DNA from: a virus
Lineage: Duplodnaviria; Caudoviricetes
Length of the DNA: 52,556 nt
IMG/VR virus record: IMGVR_UViG_3300036829_000111
Location: 1 to 52,556 of that record
Reading direction: 5' to 3' (one strand)
Positions 9,087 through 18,361 of this stretch are shown in pieces (the first letter of the stretch is position 1; each line of letters begins with the position of its first letter). The translations under genes and the position numbers were made by a program. A model generated the notes under the pieces. The model was not told the origin of the DNA and made no database searches. It worked only from the letters and a program-made list of their open reading frames with translations.

Positions 9087-10732
9087 CGTGCCGCCTTCCG
9101 TATTTTCCGGATCGTCTTCGCCGCGTAGTGCGCGGTCATCAGGTCGGATGCCTCACCGCGGGACATCCCGGTCCTCACGGCGTGGCCCATGCGCCCGAGC
9201 GCGGACTTCTGCGCCTCGCTGGCAGGCCTGTCCCGCCATGCGGCCTTCGCCTGGGACAGGACGCCGCCGTTCGCGCGGGCGATCTCCTCGCCGACACCGC
9301 GTGCCCAGTCGAGGGCGAGCGGCTTCCCGGACTCCAGGCGGGGACTGCCGCCCTTCAGGCAGCGCCACACGTCCCACTCGTCCTCGCCGACACCCGGCCG
9401 GGAGGTGAGAATCATGACCTGATCGGCGCCCGCAGGAAGCACCCACGAGCCGTCCACGTCGATCCAGCGGAGCTCGCTGCGGCGCAGGAGCTCAATCTGC
9501 TTCGTCCGGGCCGCGGCAACCGCGATCTTGCGCTGCTCCGCCTCAGCCTGCTCCTCGGCCGCGTCCAGCAGGGACTTGCCGTTCTTCACGGACCCCGGGG
9601 GCATCCCGGCAAGATCGGCGATCGTGGCGAGACCGAGCTGCTCGGCGGAACCCGCGACGTCGAGGATCGGCGCGTCAGTCTTCGAGTAGGGCCTGCCGCC
9701 GACCTTTCCGATGAACGGCCGCAGCACGCGTCCCGCCATCTGGACGAAGAACGGGGCGGACTTCGTCGGGCGCAGCATCAGCGCGCACGACACGGCCGGC
9801 TCATCCCAGCCCTCAGTGAGCACCTGGGCGTTCGGCACGACGCGCGTCTCTCCGCGGTGCAGGCGGCCCAGGATCGCCCGGCGCTGCTCGAGCGGCATCT
9901 TCCCGTCCACGGCCTCCGCCGGGACGCCCTTGCGGGTGAGGGCCTCGGCGAGCGCGTGCGCGGTCGCGATCGTCGGGGTGAACGCCACCCCGATCCGGTC
10001 CTTCGCGTATTGCACGTACGCGTCCGCAGCGGCCTCGAGGGCGTCAGAGCGCTCCAGCTCGGCGGCGATCGACGAGTCCGTGTAGTCGCCGGCGCGGACC
10101 TGCGCGTTGGACAGGTTGAAATCGCCGCCGACCTGGATGGCCTTCACGTCGCACAGGTAGCCTTCGGCGATCATCTGGATGATGCCGCGCTGGTAGGCGA
10201 TCTCCTGCCAGACGTGGCCGAGCCCGATCTTGTCGCTGCGCCCGGCCGTGGCTGTGAATCCGACCGTGAGCGGGCCGTTGCCGGCCATGCTGCCGAGGCG
10301 CTCGAGGATGTCCAGGTAGATGTCGGCGACGGCGTGGTGGGCCTCATCGACGATGACCGTCGAGAACTTCCCGAGGCGCTCCAGCCGTCCCGGCCGGGCG
10401 AGCGTCTGCACCGAGGCGACGACGACCGGGGCACCGTAATCGTCCTGCTTGGCCTTGACGATCCCGATGTCCAGGTTCCCGCTGACGGCGGCCAGCTTCG
10501 CTGCAGCCTGCGAGATCAGCTCGTCCCGGTGGGCGAGGATCAGCGACCGGCCCGGGCGGCTGCTGACCAGGTGCGAGAACACCACGGTCTTGCCACCGCC
10601 TGTTGGCAGGACGACGAGCGGGCGCGTGATGCCCTTCGCATGAGCTGCGTTGACGGCGGCGATAGCCTGTGCCTGGTAGGGGCGGAGCGGCAGCGATGCG
10701 GACGCGGGCATCTCCAGTGCAAGCGCGTTCAC
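9083..10732 (-). CDS. SF2 DEAD/DEAH-box helicase
   Basis: LRPYQ, PTGGGKT, DEAHH, TAT, LTEGWDEP, QMAGRVLR; GTG start at 10732. Confidence 0.95.
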   Translation of the reverse strand: MNALALEMPASASLPLRPYQAQAIAAVNAAHAKGITRPLVVLPTGGGKTVVFSHLVSSRPGRSLILAHRDELISQAAAKLAAVSGNLDIGIVKAKQDDYGAPVVVASVQTLARPGRLERLGKFSTVIVDEAHHAVADIYLDILERLGSMAGNGPLTVGFTATAGRSDKIGLGHVWQEIAYQRGIIQMIAEGYLCDVKAIQVGGDFNLSNAQVRAGDYTDSSIAAELERSDALEAAADAYVQYAKDRIGVAFTPTIATAHALAEALTRKGVPAEAVDGKMPLEQRRAILGRLHRGETRVVPNAQVLTEGWDEPAVSCALMLRPTKSAPFFVQMAGRVLRPFIGKVGGRPYSKTDAPILDVAGSAEQLGLATIADLAGMPPGSVKNGKSLLDAAEEQAEAEQRKIAVAAARTKQIELLRRSELRWIDVDGSWVLPAGADQVMILTSRPGVGEDEWDVWRCLKGGSPRLESGKPLALDWARGVGEEIARANGGVLSQAKAAWRDRPASEAQKSALGRMGHAVRTGMSRGEASDLMTAHYAAKTIRKIRKAAR

Positions 10733-11319
10733 TTCGCGGCCCTCCGCCTGTCCGCGCCGCGGAGCGGGATCAGCCGGCACATCTCGGCGAGCCGGGAGGC
10801 GACACGGTCTCCGATTACATCGCGCAGCTCGGCGGCCGGGATGTTGGACGTGAAGATCCCTGGCAGCATCGCCTCGTAACGGTGATTCACGAGCCGGTAG
10901 AGAATTTCCTCGGTCCACTCGGTGACCTTCGCGGCCCCAAGATCGTCCAGCAGCAGGAGGTCCGCGGCCGCGAGCCGCGCGAACTCGCCCTCGCTGTCGA
11001 CGCCTTCGCGGGGGCGCATCGATGCGTACATGTCGGGCGCGGTGGCCGCTTCCCAGTTCACGGTGATGCCGCGGGCGGCGAGCGAGCGGACGGCACCGAA
11101 CGCCTGGTGCGTCTTCCCGGATCCAGTGGGGCCGAGAATCAGCAGCGACGGCGACTCGGGAGAGAACCCCTGGCACCAGGCAGTGACATCGGAGTGGGTT
11201 GCGGTGGCATGCCGAAACCGGGGCGGGATGCGCCGGTCGGCGACTTCCGCCGCGCGGCGCAGGAAGCCCTCGCGGGTCGACACGTCGTAGAGCGGCGCGT
11301 CGTTCGGTGGTGCTGTCAT
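10729..11319 (-). CDS. DnaC/IstB-like AAA+ helicase loader
   Basis: GPTGSGKTH, LLLLDDLG, IFTSN, DRVASRL. Confidence 0.93.
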   Translation of the reverse strand: MTAPPNDAPLYDVSTREGFLRRAAEVADRRIPPRFRHATATHSDVTAWCQGFSPESPSLLILGPTGSGKTHQAFGAVRSLAARGITVNWEAATAPDMYASMRPREGVDSEGEFARLAAADLLLLDDLGAAKVTEWTEEILYRLVNHRYEAMLPGIFTSNIPAAELRDVIGDRVASRLAEMCRLIPLRGADRRRAAK

Positions 11320-12233
11320 CAGATCGGCTCCTCGTAGACCGAGTCATCGGAAGGGTTCTTGTAGGTCTTGTGGCCGCGCTGCGGCGACGCACGATTACCC
11401 CCGGCTTCCCGAGCGAGCCGGGCTCTGGCGTCGGCGGTGGCGGCGGCGTTGACGAAGCTGTCGAGCAGGGACACGTTCTTGTCGGCGATAAACCAATCGG
11501 CGAGGCCCTTCCGGATGTGCCGGTCAGGCGTGCCCTCGTTCAAGAGCGCACCGATCTGCTTGGCAAGCCGTCCTTTGGTCTGGCCGGTGAGTTCGCCGCC
11601 GTTGGCACGAACCCAGTCGATGAAGCTGCCAAGGATGGTCTGCGCGGTGGGCGCGTCAGCGCGCGCCGAATCTGAGGGTTGCTTTACTGAGGGTTCTATG
11701 AGGGGTAGCGGGCCTGTTTCCGCAGGTAGTGCGATCGAGTCCGCACCCTTTCGGCTTGATTCCGCACCCTTTTCCTTCGAATCCGCACCCTTTATCTCGG
11801 GTTGAGGGTGCGTTCTGGCCGCACCCTTTCCGCGCGCTTTAGGGTGCGTTCTGGCCGCACCCTTTCCCTGCTCCTCGCAGGGCTCCATCGCGTCAGATTC
11901 CCCGTCTTCGCAGTCCTCGAAAGGGTGCGCACAGTCCGCACCCTTTTCATCGTGGGCGAGAGGAAGAAGAACGAACCTTGCGCGACCGCCCCGGTTGCCT
12001 CCGCCATCCCGCTTCAGCACGCCCTCCGCGACCAGCTCGTCGGCGATGTGCGAGACGCGGGACGGCGACTTGCCCGTGCGATGCGAGAGCAGGCTGCGGC
12101 CCGGCCAGCCCGTGCGGGACCTGTCGTTGGCGTTCTCCGCCCAGGACAGGAGCCACAGCTTCCGGACATCAGGACCGTGGTAATGGTCGAGGATCTCGCG
12201 TACCAAGCGGATGCCCATAACCTCACCCGGCAT
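11319..12233 (-). CDS. Phage replication initiator (N-terminal wHTH, central repeats)
   Basis: N-terminal LSWAENAND...WPGRSLLSHRTGKSPSRVSHIADELVAEGVL; lies upstream of loader and helicases; repeated KGA motifs. Confidence 0.85.
   Translation of the reverse strand: MPGEVMGIRLVREILDHYHGPDVRKLWLLSWAENANDRSRTGWPGRSLLSHRTGKSPSRVSHIADELVAEGVLKRDGGGNRGGRARFVLLPLAHDEKGADCAHPFEDCEDGESDAMEPCEEQGKGAARTHPKARGKGAARTHPQPEIKGADSKEKGAESSRKGADSIALPAETGPLPLIEPSVKQPSDSARADAPTAQTILGSFIDWVRANGGELTGQTKGRLAKQIGALLNEGTPDRHIRKGLADWFIADKNVSLLDSFVNAAATADARARLAREAGGNRASPQRGHKTYKNPSDDSVYEEPI
11741..11946. repeat. Iteron array, putative replication origin within initiator gene
   Basis: CCGCACCCTTT at 11741, 11762, 11783, 11819, 11855 and 11936, plus inverted AGGGTGCG at 11805, 11841 and 11922. 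Confidence 0.85.
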
Positions 12234-12404
12234 TGCCGGCCACCTTCCCGGTCATAGCCGCGGATCGCGGTCGCGCCCGCGGTCGCCCGGAGTCCGGTCG
12301 CAGGCTGATATGTGGTGCCGGGGACGATGGACAACGCCGCCGCCTTCCTGATCAGGGGGATTCGCGAGTTTTCAGATGAGTCGCGCAGCCGTTCGATTGC
12401 AAGC

Positions 12405-12495
12405 ATGCCACATACTACGTGGCATGGCAACTAGTCACGTGGCATAGTAGGTTGTTGCATGGCCTACATTTATGCCGCACACTAGGGGTAGGCCA
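12405..12495. promoter_or_regulatory. Divergent promoter/operator region between replication operon and small HTH gene
   Basis: ATGCCAC/GTGGCAT repeats (12405, 12419, 12439) and TGGCCTAC/GTAGGCCA inverted pair (12460, 12488); lower GC. Confidence 0.6.
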
Positions 12496-12516
12496 CACCC
12501 GTGTGACAATGCGAGG

Positions 12517-12732
12517 ATGACTGACCCGATGGTTGCTGTTGTTGATGCGCGCAACGCGTACGTTGCCGCCCGTGAGCAGGTCAAGCTGACGCGGATCGCG
12601 CTCGGCAAGGCCATCGCCGAGGCGCGCGCCGCCGGAACTGACCAGGTCGACATCGCCAGGGAGCTGGATCTCACTAGGGAGCAGGTCCGGCGGTACCAGG
12701 TCGAGTACGAGGAAGACGCCGGCATCAAGTAG
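12517..12732 (+). CDS. Small HTH DNA-binding protein
   Basis: AIAEARAAGTDQVDIARELDLTREQVRRY. Confidence 0.85.
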   Translation: MTDPMVAVVDARNAYVAAREQVKLTRIALGKAIAEARAAGTDQVDIARELDLTREQVRRYQVEYEEDAGIK

Positions 12733-12865
12733 CCGCGCTCCTGACCTCACTCCCGCCCACCTCCCGCCGCGTTCCCGCGCTCCCGCCGCACCGGCACGAA
12801 CAGCGCGGCCAGCGTGATGGCGGCGCACCCGGCGACCACCACGGCGTACAGGACCCAGGCGAGGC

Positions 12866-13252
12866 TCATTCGCACCCCCTCGGGTCTTCGGGGACGTCGA
12901 GGCGGGCGAGCATCGGCCTGCGTCCCCCGCAGGCCCCGGACGGCGCGAGGAACCGGAGTTCCGGCTGGACCTGCCCGCGCTTCATCTGCGCGTACAGTGC
13001 GCCGCCGTGGGGGCTGGAGAAGGAGACGCTGATGCTCTCGGCGACGTCGTCGGGTTCGGCGGCGCCGAGGATCTGCCCTGTCGCCAGCCGGGCCCAGGCT
13101 TTCGCCCGCGCGGCCGCGGGGCTGCCAGGAGCGGATGCGATCCGGTCCCCGAACGTGGCCCCGCGGCCCTTGCGGCGGCGTTCGAGCTCGGAGCGGGCCA
13201 GGTACCCGGCGGCGCCTGCGAGGACGGCGGCGGCGATGGCGGGGCGGTTCAT
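12866..13252 (-). CDS. Hypothetical protein with N-terminal hydrophobic helix
   Basis: ATG 13252; ATGA overlap. Confidence 0.6.
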   Translation of the reverse strand: MNRPAIAAAVLAGAAGYLARSELERRRKGRGATFGDRIASAPGSPAAARAKAWARLATGQILGAAEPDDVAESISVSFSSPHGGALYAQMKRGQVQPELRFLAPSGACGGRRPMLARLDVPEDPRGCE

Positions 13253-13482
13253 GCGGCGCTCCTCAGGTCGCCGAACAGGTCCGGCTGCTGCCAGCAGTCG
13301 GGGCAGCCGGGGCACGGCGTCACGGCCTGGACCTGCTGCGGGGTCTGGCAGCCCGGCCGGGGGCCTGCCCAGCAGCTGACCCACATGCCCGGCTCGGGCG
13401 CGGTGTGCCAGTGCTGGACGTGGCCGCAGGGCTGGAAGGTGATGAGGAAGCCGCGGGTGGTGGCGGCGGACGGGGAGGTCAT
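13249..13482 (-). CDS. Small Cys-rich hypothetical protein
   Basis: Multiple Cys/His residues; coupled. Confidence 0.6.
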   Translation of the reverse strand: MTSPSAATTRGFLITFQPCGHVQHWHTAPEPGMWVSCWAGPRPGCQTPQQVQAVTPCPGCPDCWQQPDLFGDLRSAA

Positions 13483-14324
13483 GCTGCCTCGCTTTCGCCG
13501 GTCTCCGGATTGCGCCGCAGCGCGCTCTGGAGGGTGTCACGGGAGACACCGAGGCGGCCCGTGGCCTCGTCAAGGCTGAACCCGAGCGAGAACAGTTCCC
13601 GCGCCTCAGCGGCCAGTTCAGCGCCGCGCAGCGGCTTGTCCGGGCCGCGCCGCCACCCATCGGCGGGTGAAGCATCCGGGTCGTCGATGTCATCCCACGC
13701 GGCCGGGGGTGCCCATCCGCGTGCCGCGGCGTAGTTCCGGGAGCGGCTCGCCGCTATCTTGTCCCGCCACTCCGCCTCGGGGGGCGCCTGGTCCCACAGT
13801 TCGTCGTACAGAGCGCCCACGGCACGCGCGGTGCCGGCATGGACCTTAGCGTTGTTCATCATCGTGCCGAAGTTGGAGCGCAGCATGCCCAGGCGCTCCG
13901 CGAGTTTCAGCTGCGACCATCCGCAGGCGACGAGGGCCTGCACGCGGCGGTGCGTGCCCGTGGCGTCCACGTCGGCGCGGGCGCCCAGCAGTTCGAGAGA
14001 CGGGCGCACGGCGAGGATCTTCGCCTCGGTCTCGGGGCGGATCCGCTGGCTCGGCGGCCGGTCGCCGGGGCCTCCGTACAGGAGCTTGCTCATCGATCCG
14101 GTGGAGACCCCGGTGAGTTCCGCCGCGCGCTTCCAGCCGATGCCGTGCGCGGCGAGCATGCGGACGTGCTCCCGGGCTCGTTCTGCGTCAACGTAGGGCT
14201 GCCATTGGCCGTAGGCGATGAGCCGGGTGCGCTGGTTCTCTGCGGTCCGGTTCGCCTGCGTGCAGGGCGCGCAGCGGCAGCCGCGGGCGTAGCGGGCTCG
14301 TGCGCCGTGCTCTGGCCCGTTCAT
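13479..14324 (-). CDS. Actinophage multi-HTH DNA-binding protein with N-terminal Zn motif
   Basis: HG...YARGCRCAPC followed by HTH-like segments (GIGWKRAAELTGVS; GWSQLKLAERLG). Confidence 0.8.
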   Translation of the reverse strand: MNGPEHGARARYARGCRCAPCTQANRTAENQRTRLIAYGQWQPYVDAERAREHVRMLAAHGIGWKRAAELTGVSTGSMSKLLYGGPGDRPPSQRIRPETEAKILAVRPSLELLGARADVDATGTHRRVQALVACGWSQLKLAERLGMLRSNFGTMMNNAKVHAGTARAVGALYDELWDQAPPEAEWRDKIAASRSRNYAAARGWAPPAAWDDIDDPDASPADGWRRGPDKPLRGAELAAEARELFSLGFSLDEATGRLGVSRDTLQSALRRNPETGESEAA

Positions 14325-14590
14325 GCGGCACGCTCCGGCGCATCGAACAGCGTGTGCTGCGCGTCCGGTTCGGTCCGTATGACCGCCCCGCGCTCGTCGG
14401 TGAATCCGGTGCAGCGGCAGCCCGGCCGGGTGCATGGCCGGTCGCGGTAGCGCCCGTGCTCGCCGTGCCACAGCGTCAGGTGGTGGCAGCCTTCACGGGT
14501 GCATGCTCCCGGTCCTCCGGGAACGGCCTCGCCACGGGACAGGAGGTCAGCCACGCGGCCGTCCTCCGCTGTCATCGGCCAGTTGTTCAT
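14321..14590 (-). CDS. Small Cys/His-rich hypothetical protein
   Basis: CTREGCHH...H...CTRPGCRCTGF. Confidence 0.6.
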   Translation of the reverse strand: MNNWPMTAEDGRVADLLSRGEAVPGGPGACTREGCHHLTLWHGEHGRYRDRPCTRPGCRCTGFTDERGAVIRTEPDAQHTLFDAPERAA

Positions 14591-15243
14591 GCCGTCACCT
14601 CGCGGATGATGACCCGGAGCCGTCCCCGCGGGTAAGGCTGGTCGCCGATCTCACACCCGGCGTGGACCACGTAGCGGGCGTCATCGCCGGATCCGCGGCG
14701 CCCGGGAACGTGCCGGCCGATCTTGCCTGCCAGCGTTATGCCGTCGATTACCGGCTTCAGCGTCGGGCCGAGGTTGTCAGGATCGCGGTCCCGGCTCAGG
14801 TTCGGCGGGTCGTAGACGATAGTGACGGTGACGCGCTCCAGGTGCGGCGGCTTCGCCTTCAGGGTCATCGCCCAGGCGGCTTTCTTGATGGCCTCGGACC
14901 GGCGGTGGCGTTCCATGTGGTGGATCCGGTCGTTGAGGCTGAGGAGTTTCAGCCCGGCGGGCAGCTCGATCGTCCACTGTGGTGCGGCCAGGACGGCTGC
15001 GTCCGTGCGCTCCGCCGTCCCGGCCGTGTCTGCGGGGCTCCCGGCCCTCCTCCTGGCGCCGGGAGCCGGGCCGCTGCCTGCGCCGGTGGGGGCTAGCGCA
15101 GGCAGGGACGGTGAGGTGCTCCGGGCACCGTCAGGACGGGGGGCGACGGTGCCCGGAGCGGCGGCGCGAGTGTCCTCGAGCGCCGCGCTTCCCCGGCCGG
15201 CTGATGGCGGGCAGGCCGGGGAAGCTTCAGGGTTGCGGGTCAT
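14587..15243 (-). CDS. RusA-like Holliday junction resolvase
   Basis: LSLNDR...RDPDNLGPTLKPVIDG...DD; low-complexity N-terminal extension. Confidence 0.8.
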   Translation of the reverse strand: MTRNPEASPACPPSAGRGSAALEDTRAAAPGTVAPRPDGARSTSPSLPALAPTGAGSGPAPGARRRAGSPADTAGTAERTDAAVLAAPQWTIELPAGLKLLSLNDRIHHMERHRRSEAIKKAAWAMTLKAKPPHLERVTVTIVYDPPNLSRDRDPDNLGPTLKPVIDGITLAGKIGRHVPGRRGSGDDARYVVHAGCEIGDQPYPRGRLRVIIREVTA

Positions 15244-16238
15244 GCCGTCGCCACCTCGGCGGCACGCGCGAACTGCCTAACGCGCAGGTCTTCCGGCCAT
15301 GCGTCCCAGTCGCCGCCCTTCGGCCCCGCGCCGAGCTCGCGGCCGAGCATGGAGCCGAGCTGCTTCACAAACACCGGCACACCGGAGTCCTGACACTGCT
15401 CGACAAGGAGGCGCGCCCAGCCCTCAGCCATGCGGCGAGCACCGGGGCCGCTCTCTCCGCCGACAATCACCCAGTCGATAGCCGGGCCGACGGTGAGTTC
15501 CTGAGTGACAAGCCCGCTCGGCTCGCGGTGCTCTGGTCCCCACCCCGGACGCCCGTCCAGCCAGTAGGTCAGGCGCGGCCGGTGCCCGTTCACGACCGGT
15601 CCGTGGAGGTCGATCGGTCCCAGCAGCGGCTCCGCGCTGATGAACCGGATCGCGGCCGGCGTTTCGAGCAGCGCCGGGATGCGGATGTCCGCCCAGTGCT
15701 GGTCTTCGGTGCTGACGCCGAGCCAGACGTTCGGCAGCGGCGGCACTATTTCGGGCCAGCGGCCAGTGCCGTAAATCCATCGCCGCACTTCCACGAACCG
15801 TTCGGCGGGAATCGGCAGGTCAATGCCAACGGCCCAGTCGGCAGCCTCATAGAGAAGCTCGCGCCACTTATCTTTGGAGGACAGCAGCGACCGCATGCGC
15901 GCGTGCCGCTTGGTCAGCACCTGATAGGTGTGGTGCGGCGTCAATGCCATCACGGCAAATACGCGGGCGATGTACTCGTCGGGAACGTCCTTATGGAACA
16001 GGTCGCTCATCGAATTTACGAAGACTCTCCTCGGCCGCTTCCAGCGCAGCGGCTGGTCCAGCTTGTCCGGCCGCAGCTGCACGTCGAAGCCGTGCTCGAA
16101 GTAGTGGCCGGGCGTCCCGCGCCAGCGCTCGGCGAACGTGGAGGCATAGCAGCGGTCGCATCCGGGCGAGATCTTCTCGCAGCCGGTGACAGGGTTCCAC
16201 GTCGCGTCGGTCCACTCGATCTTGCTGTCGTCGCTCAT
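15240..16238 (-). CDS. Phage Gp37/Gp68 (DUF5131) family protein
   Basis: IEWTDATWNPVTGCEKISPGCDRCYA, FVNSMSDLFH, SAEPLLGP, WVIVGGESG. Confidence 0.95.
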   Translation of the reverse strand: MSDDSKIEWTDATWNPVTGCEKISPGCDRCYASTFAERWRGTPGHYFEHGFDVQLRPDKLDQPLRWKRPRRVFVNSMSDLFHKDVPDEYIARVFAVMALTPHHTYQVLTKRHARMRSLLSSKDKWRELLYEAADWAVGIDLPIPAERFVEVRRWIYGTGRWPEIVPPLPNVWLGVSTEDQHWADIRIPALLETPAAIRFISAEPLLGPIDLHGPVVNGHRPRLTYWLDGRPGWGPEHREPSGLVTQELTVGPAIDWVIVGGESGPGARRMAEGWARLLVEQCQDSGVPVFVKQLGSMLGRELGAGPKGGDWDAWPEDLRVRQFARAAEVATA

Positions 16239-16519
16239 CACAGAACCCCGTTCGCCAGGTCGTCTTCGATGGCCGCTTCGATCCCGGCGATCTCCGGGTC
16301 GTCGGGCAGGTAGTAGGTGCGCGCGGTGGCGCAGAATGCGATCAGTTCCTCGGCGGTGAGCACCGCGCCCTCGCACTTCACCGGGCCGCGCATTTTCTTC
16401 CGCTTCGTGCCGGGCAACAGCGGCTTGCCGTGCGCCCAGCACGCCTCGACATGGCACACCAGGGCGACGAGGCCGACAGCCCCGAACCCGATGGCGAAGC
16501 CGACTATGAGCGGCCACAT
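16238..16519 (-). CDS. Hypothetical membrane protein
   Basis: N-terminal hydrophobic helix; coupled. Confidence 0.6.
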   Translation of the reverse strand: MWPLIVGFAIGFGAVGLVALVCHVEACWAHGKPLLPGTKRKKMRGPVKCEGAVLTAEELIAFCATARTYYLPDDPEIAGIEAAIEDDLANGVL

Positions 16520-16809
16520 CAGCCCTCACCGCCCTGCAGCGCGTCGAGCCGTGCCCGCTCGTACCTGCCGGCGGCCGCCGGGCCGACCCCGACCTCGGCC
16601 GCCGCCTCGGCGACGCTCCGGCCGGCGTTGCGCAGCTGGCAGAACCGCTCGTACCGGGCGGCCTTCTCTGCGGACGCGGCCCGGGCGGCACCGGAGGGCG
16701 CCCTCACGACGTCCTCATCCGTCTTGGTGCCGCGATACACGTACCGCGTGCCGGCCGGTATCCCGTTGGGGGACGAGCCGAGGCTGGCCGCCCGGATCCG
16801 CGCGGTCAC
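16519..16809 (-). CDS. Small HTH protein
   Basis: LRNAGRSVAEAAAEVGVGPAAAGRYER. Confidence 0.7.
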   Translation of the reverse strand: MTARIRAASLGSSPNGIPAGTRYVYRGTKTDEDVVRAPSGAARAASAEKAARYERFCQLRNAGRSVAEAAAEVGVGPAAAGRYERARLDALQGGEG

Positions 16810-17189
16810 GCTGCATCACCGTCCGGTGCCCACGAGTGCCTCAACAGACCCGCCTCGTATGCCCAGCCGAGTTCGGACTCGGGCCGGAACGTGATCTCGT
16901 CATGGCAGGGACGGCACAGCGGCACCATGTTGCCCGGGTCGGTGATTGACCCGCCGCGTGCCCGGGTGAGCGGTTCGTGCACGTCATCGGCGAGGCGTCT
17001 GCAGCCCGGCCGCGCGCATGACGGGCGCTCCGGCCACAGCGCGTCGATGACCCGTCGGCGCTGCCGGTTCTCCGCTGCCCGCTTCGCGGACACCGCCCTG
17101 ATGCTGGCCGTGCGGAGCGGTGCCACGGTCCTCAGCGGCGCGACGGGCCTCAGCGGCGTCTTGCGCTGCAGTCCTCCCGAGCGGTTCAT
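16806..17189 (-). CDS. HNH endonuclease-like protein
   Basis: CARPGC...DVHEPLTRARGG...NMVPLCRPCHDEI. Confidence 0.85.
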   Translation of the reverse strand: MNRSGGLQRKTPLRPVAPLRTVAPLRTASIRAVSAKRAAENRQRRRVIDALWPERPSCARPGCRRLADDVHEPLTRARGGSITDPGNMVPLCRPCHDEITFRPESELGWAYEAGLLRHSWAPDGDAA

Positions 17190-17359
17190 GACCCGCTCCT
17201 GTCGATGACGTCCAGCTCCAGGTACACGACCACGTCGCCCTCGTGCGTGCGGGACGGCTTCCGCGGGGAACGCCCGACCATGCCGGGCAGTCCCTCCACC
17301 TGCCGGACCGCTTCCGCGACCTCCTCGGGACTTCCGCTGAACCTGATGTGGACGCTCAC
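17186..17359 (-). CDS. Small hypothetical protein
   Basis: Manual ORF (MSVHIRFSGSPEEVAEAV...VVVYLELD) filling the gap with 4-bp overlaps at both ends. Confidence 0.6.
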   Translation of the reverse strand: MSVHIRFSGSPEEVAEAVRQVEGLPGMVGRSPRKPSRTHEGDVVVYLELDVIDRSGS

Positions 17360-17754
17360 GCCGCTACCCCCGCCATCTCGTACGCCTGCCGCACGGATGC
17401 GCCGAGGGAGCGGACGATCTCGCCCTGGTCCCGGACGACACGCAGGTGGTCCTGCGCGGACTCGCGGGTCGCGACGGAGATGTCATAGGCAAGCTGAAGG
17501 TCGGCGACCTTGTCGTCCACCCAGGCGTCTCGCTCGGCGGTCGTGAATCCGCCGCGCGTCACCTTCGGGCGCTCGTCCGACAGCAGCCAGCGGCGGCGTT
17601 CGGCGTTGAGCTCGTGCTTTCGGCTGACCTCGTTGTCGCGGGCTTTCGCGAGGGCTTCCTGAGCCTTGGTCAGTTCGGTGACGAGCCACCGCAGCCGCCG
17701 CTCAATGTCATGCGGCGACAGCGGCTCGTACTGCCCGGTCGGCTGCTCACTCAC
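17356..17754 (-). CDS. Hypothetical helical phage protein
   Basis: GTG start; coiled-coil composition. Confidence 0.7.
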   Translation of the reverse strand: MSEQPTGQYEPLSPHDIERRLRWLVTELTKAQEALAKARDNEVSRKHELNAERRRWLLSDERPKVTRGGFTTAERDAWVDDKVADLQLAYDISVATRESAQDHLRVVRDQGEIVRSLGASVRQAYEMAGVAA

Positions 17755-18361
17755 CGGACGCACCGTCCCCGGCCGGCAGCGCGAGCGCGTCCAGGGCGAT
17801 GCCCTGCAGCTCGCCGCGCCGCCACGCCGCGATCACCTCGTCGCGGGCGTTCTTCGCCGGCCGGTAACTGAACGCCCCGGTCGGCTTGACGTCCGTGACC
17901 TCGGCGACCTGCTCCTTGTCGCCGCTGTCCTTGTCGACCAGGTAGCCGCCGGTCTCCTCGATCTCCTTCAGCAACGCCGCCCGGACCTCGGCCCGGATGC
18001 GGGTGCGCACCAGTTCGGGGAACACGGCGCGCACCACGTCGAGGAGTTCGGTGTTCGTCGCCGCGGACGGGTCGAGGTAGTCCTCAAGCCCTTCCGGGTT
18101 GTGCTCTTCCAGCCATCCGGTGAGCGCGTCCTCGGTGGCGTTGATGTCCTTGCTGCCGGACTTGATCGAGATCAGTCCGATCTCGGTTCCGTCCGGCATC
18201 ATGACCTTCTGCTGCGACTGGCCGTCCGCGCGCAGCGGGCCGAACGCCTCCTCGGCGTCCTTCCGCGCGCCCTTGTAGGCGCCGCTGATCTCCTTGCCGA
18301 TCACGTCCAGCACCGCGACGCGCAGGGCGTGGTCCCGTGCGGACAGGCTCTCGTCACTCAC
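17747..18361 (-). CDS. Hypothetical phage protein in recombination cluster
   Basis: Coupled to the recombinase gene. Confidence 0.75.
   Translation of the reverse strand: MSDESLSARDHALRVAVLDVIGKEISGAYKGARKDAEEAFGPLRADGQSQQKVMMPDGTEIGLISIKSGSKDINATEDALTGWLEEHNPEGLEDYLDPSAATNTELLDVVRAVFPELVRTRIRAEVRAALLKEIEETGGYLVDKDSGDKEQVAEVTDVKPTGAFSYRPAKNARDEVIAAWRRGELQGIALDALALPAGDGASGE

Noticed and set aside
10729-11319. IS21 element (IstB)
   Set aside because: No IstA transposase or terminal repeats; context between initiator and helicases indicates a helicase loader.
9083-11392. 769-aa version of the helicase, and extended starts for traB (34914), the glycosyltransferase (50340) and the Gp37/68 gene (16691)
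   Set aside because: The extensions overlap other real genes in different frames; coupled or RBS-supported downstream starts fit better.
11741-11946. Repeat array as CRISPR
   Set aside because: Repeats are 11 bp, lie within a coding sequence, have irregular short spacers, and no cas genes are present.
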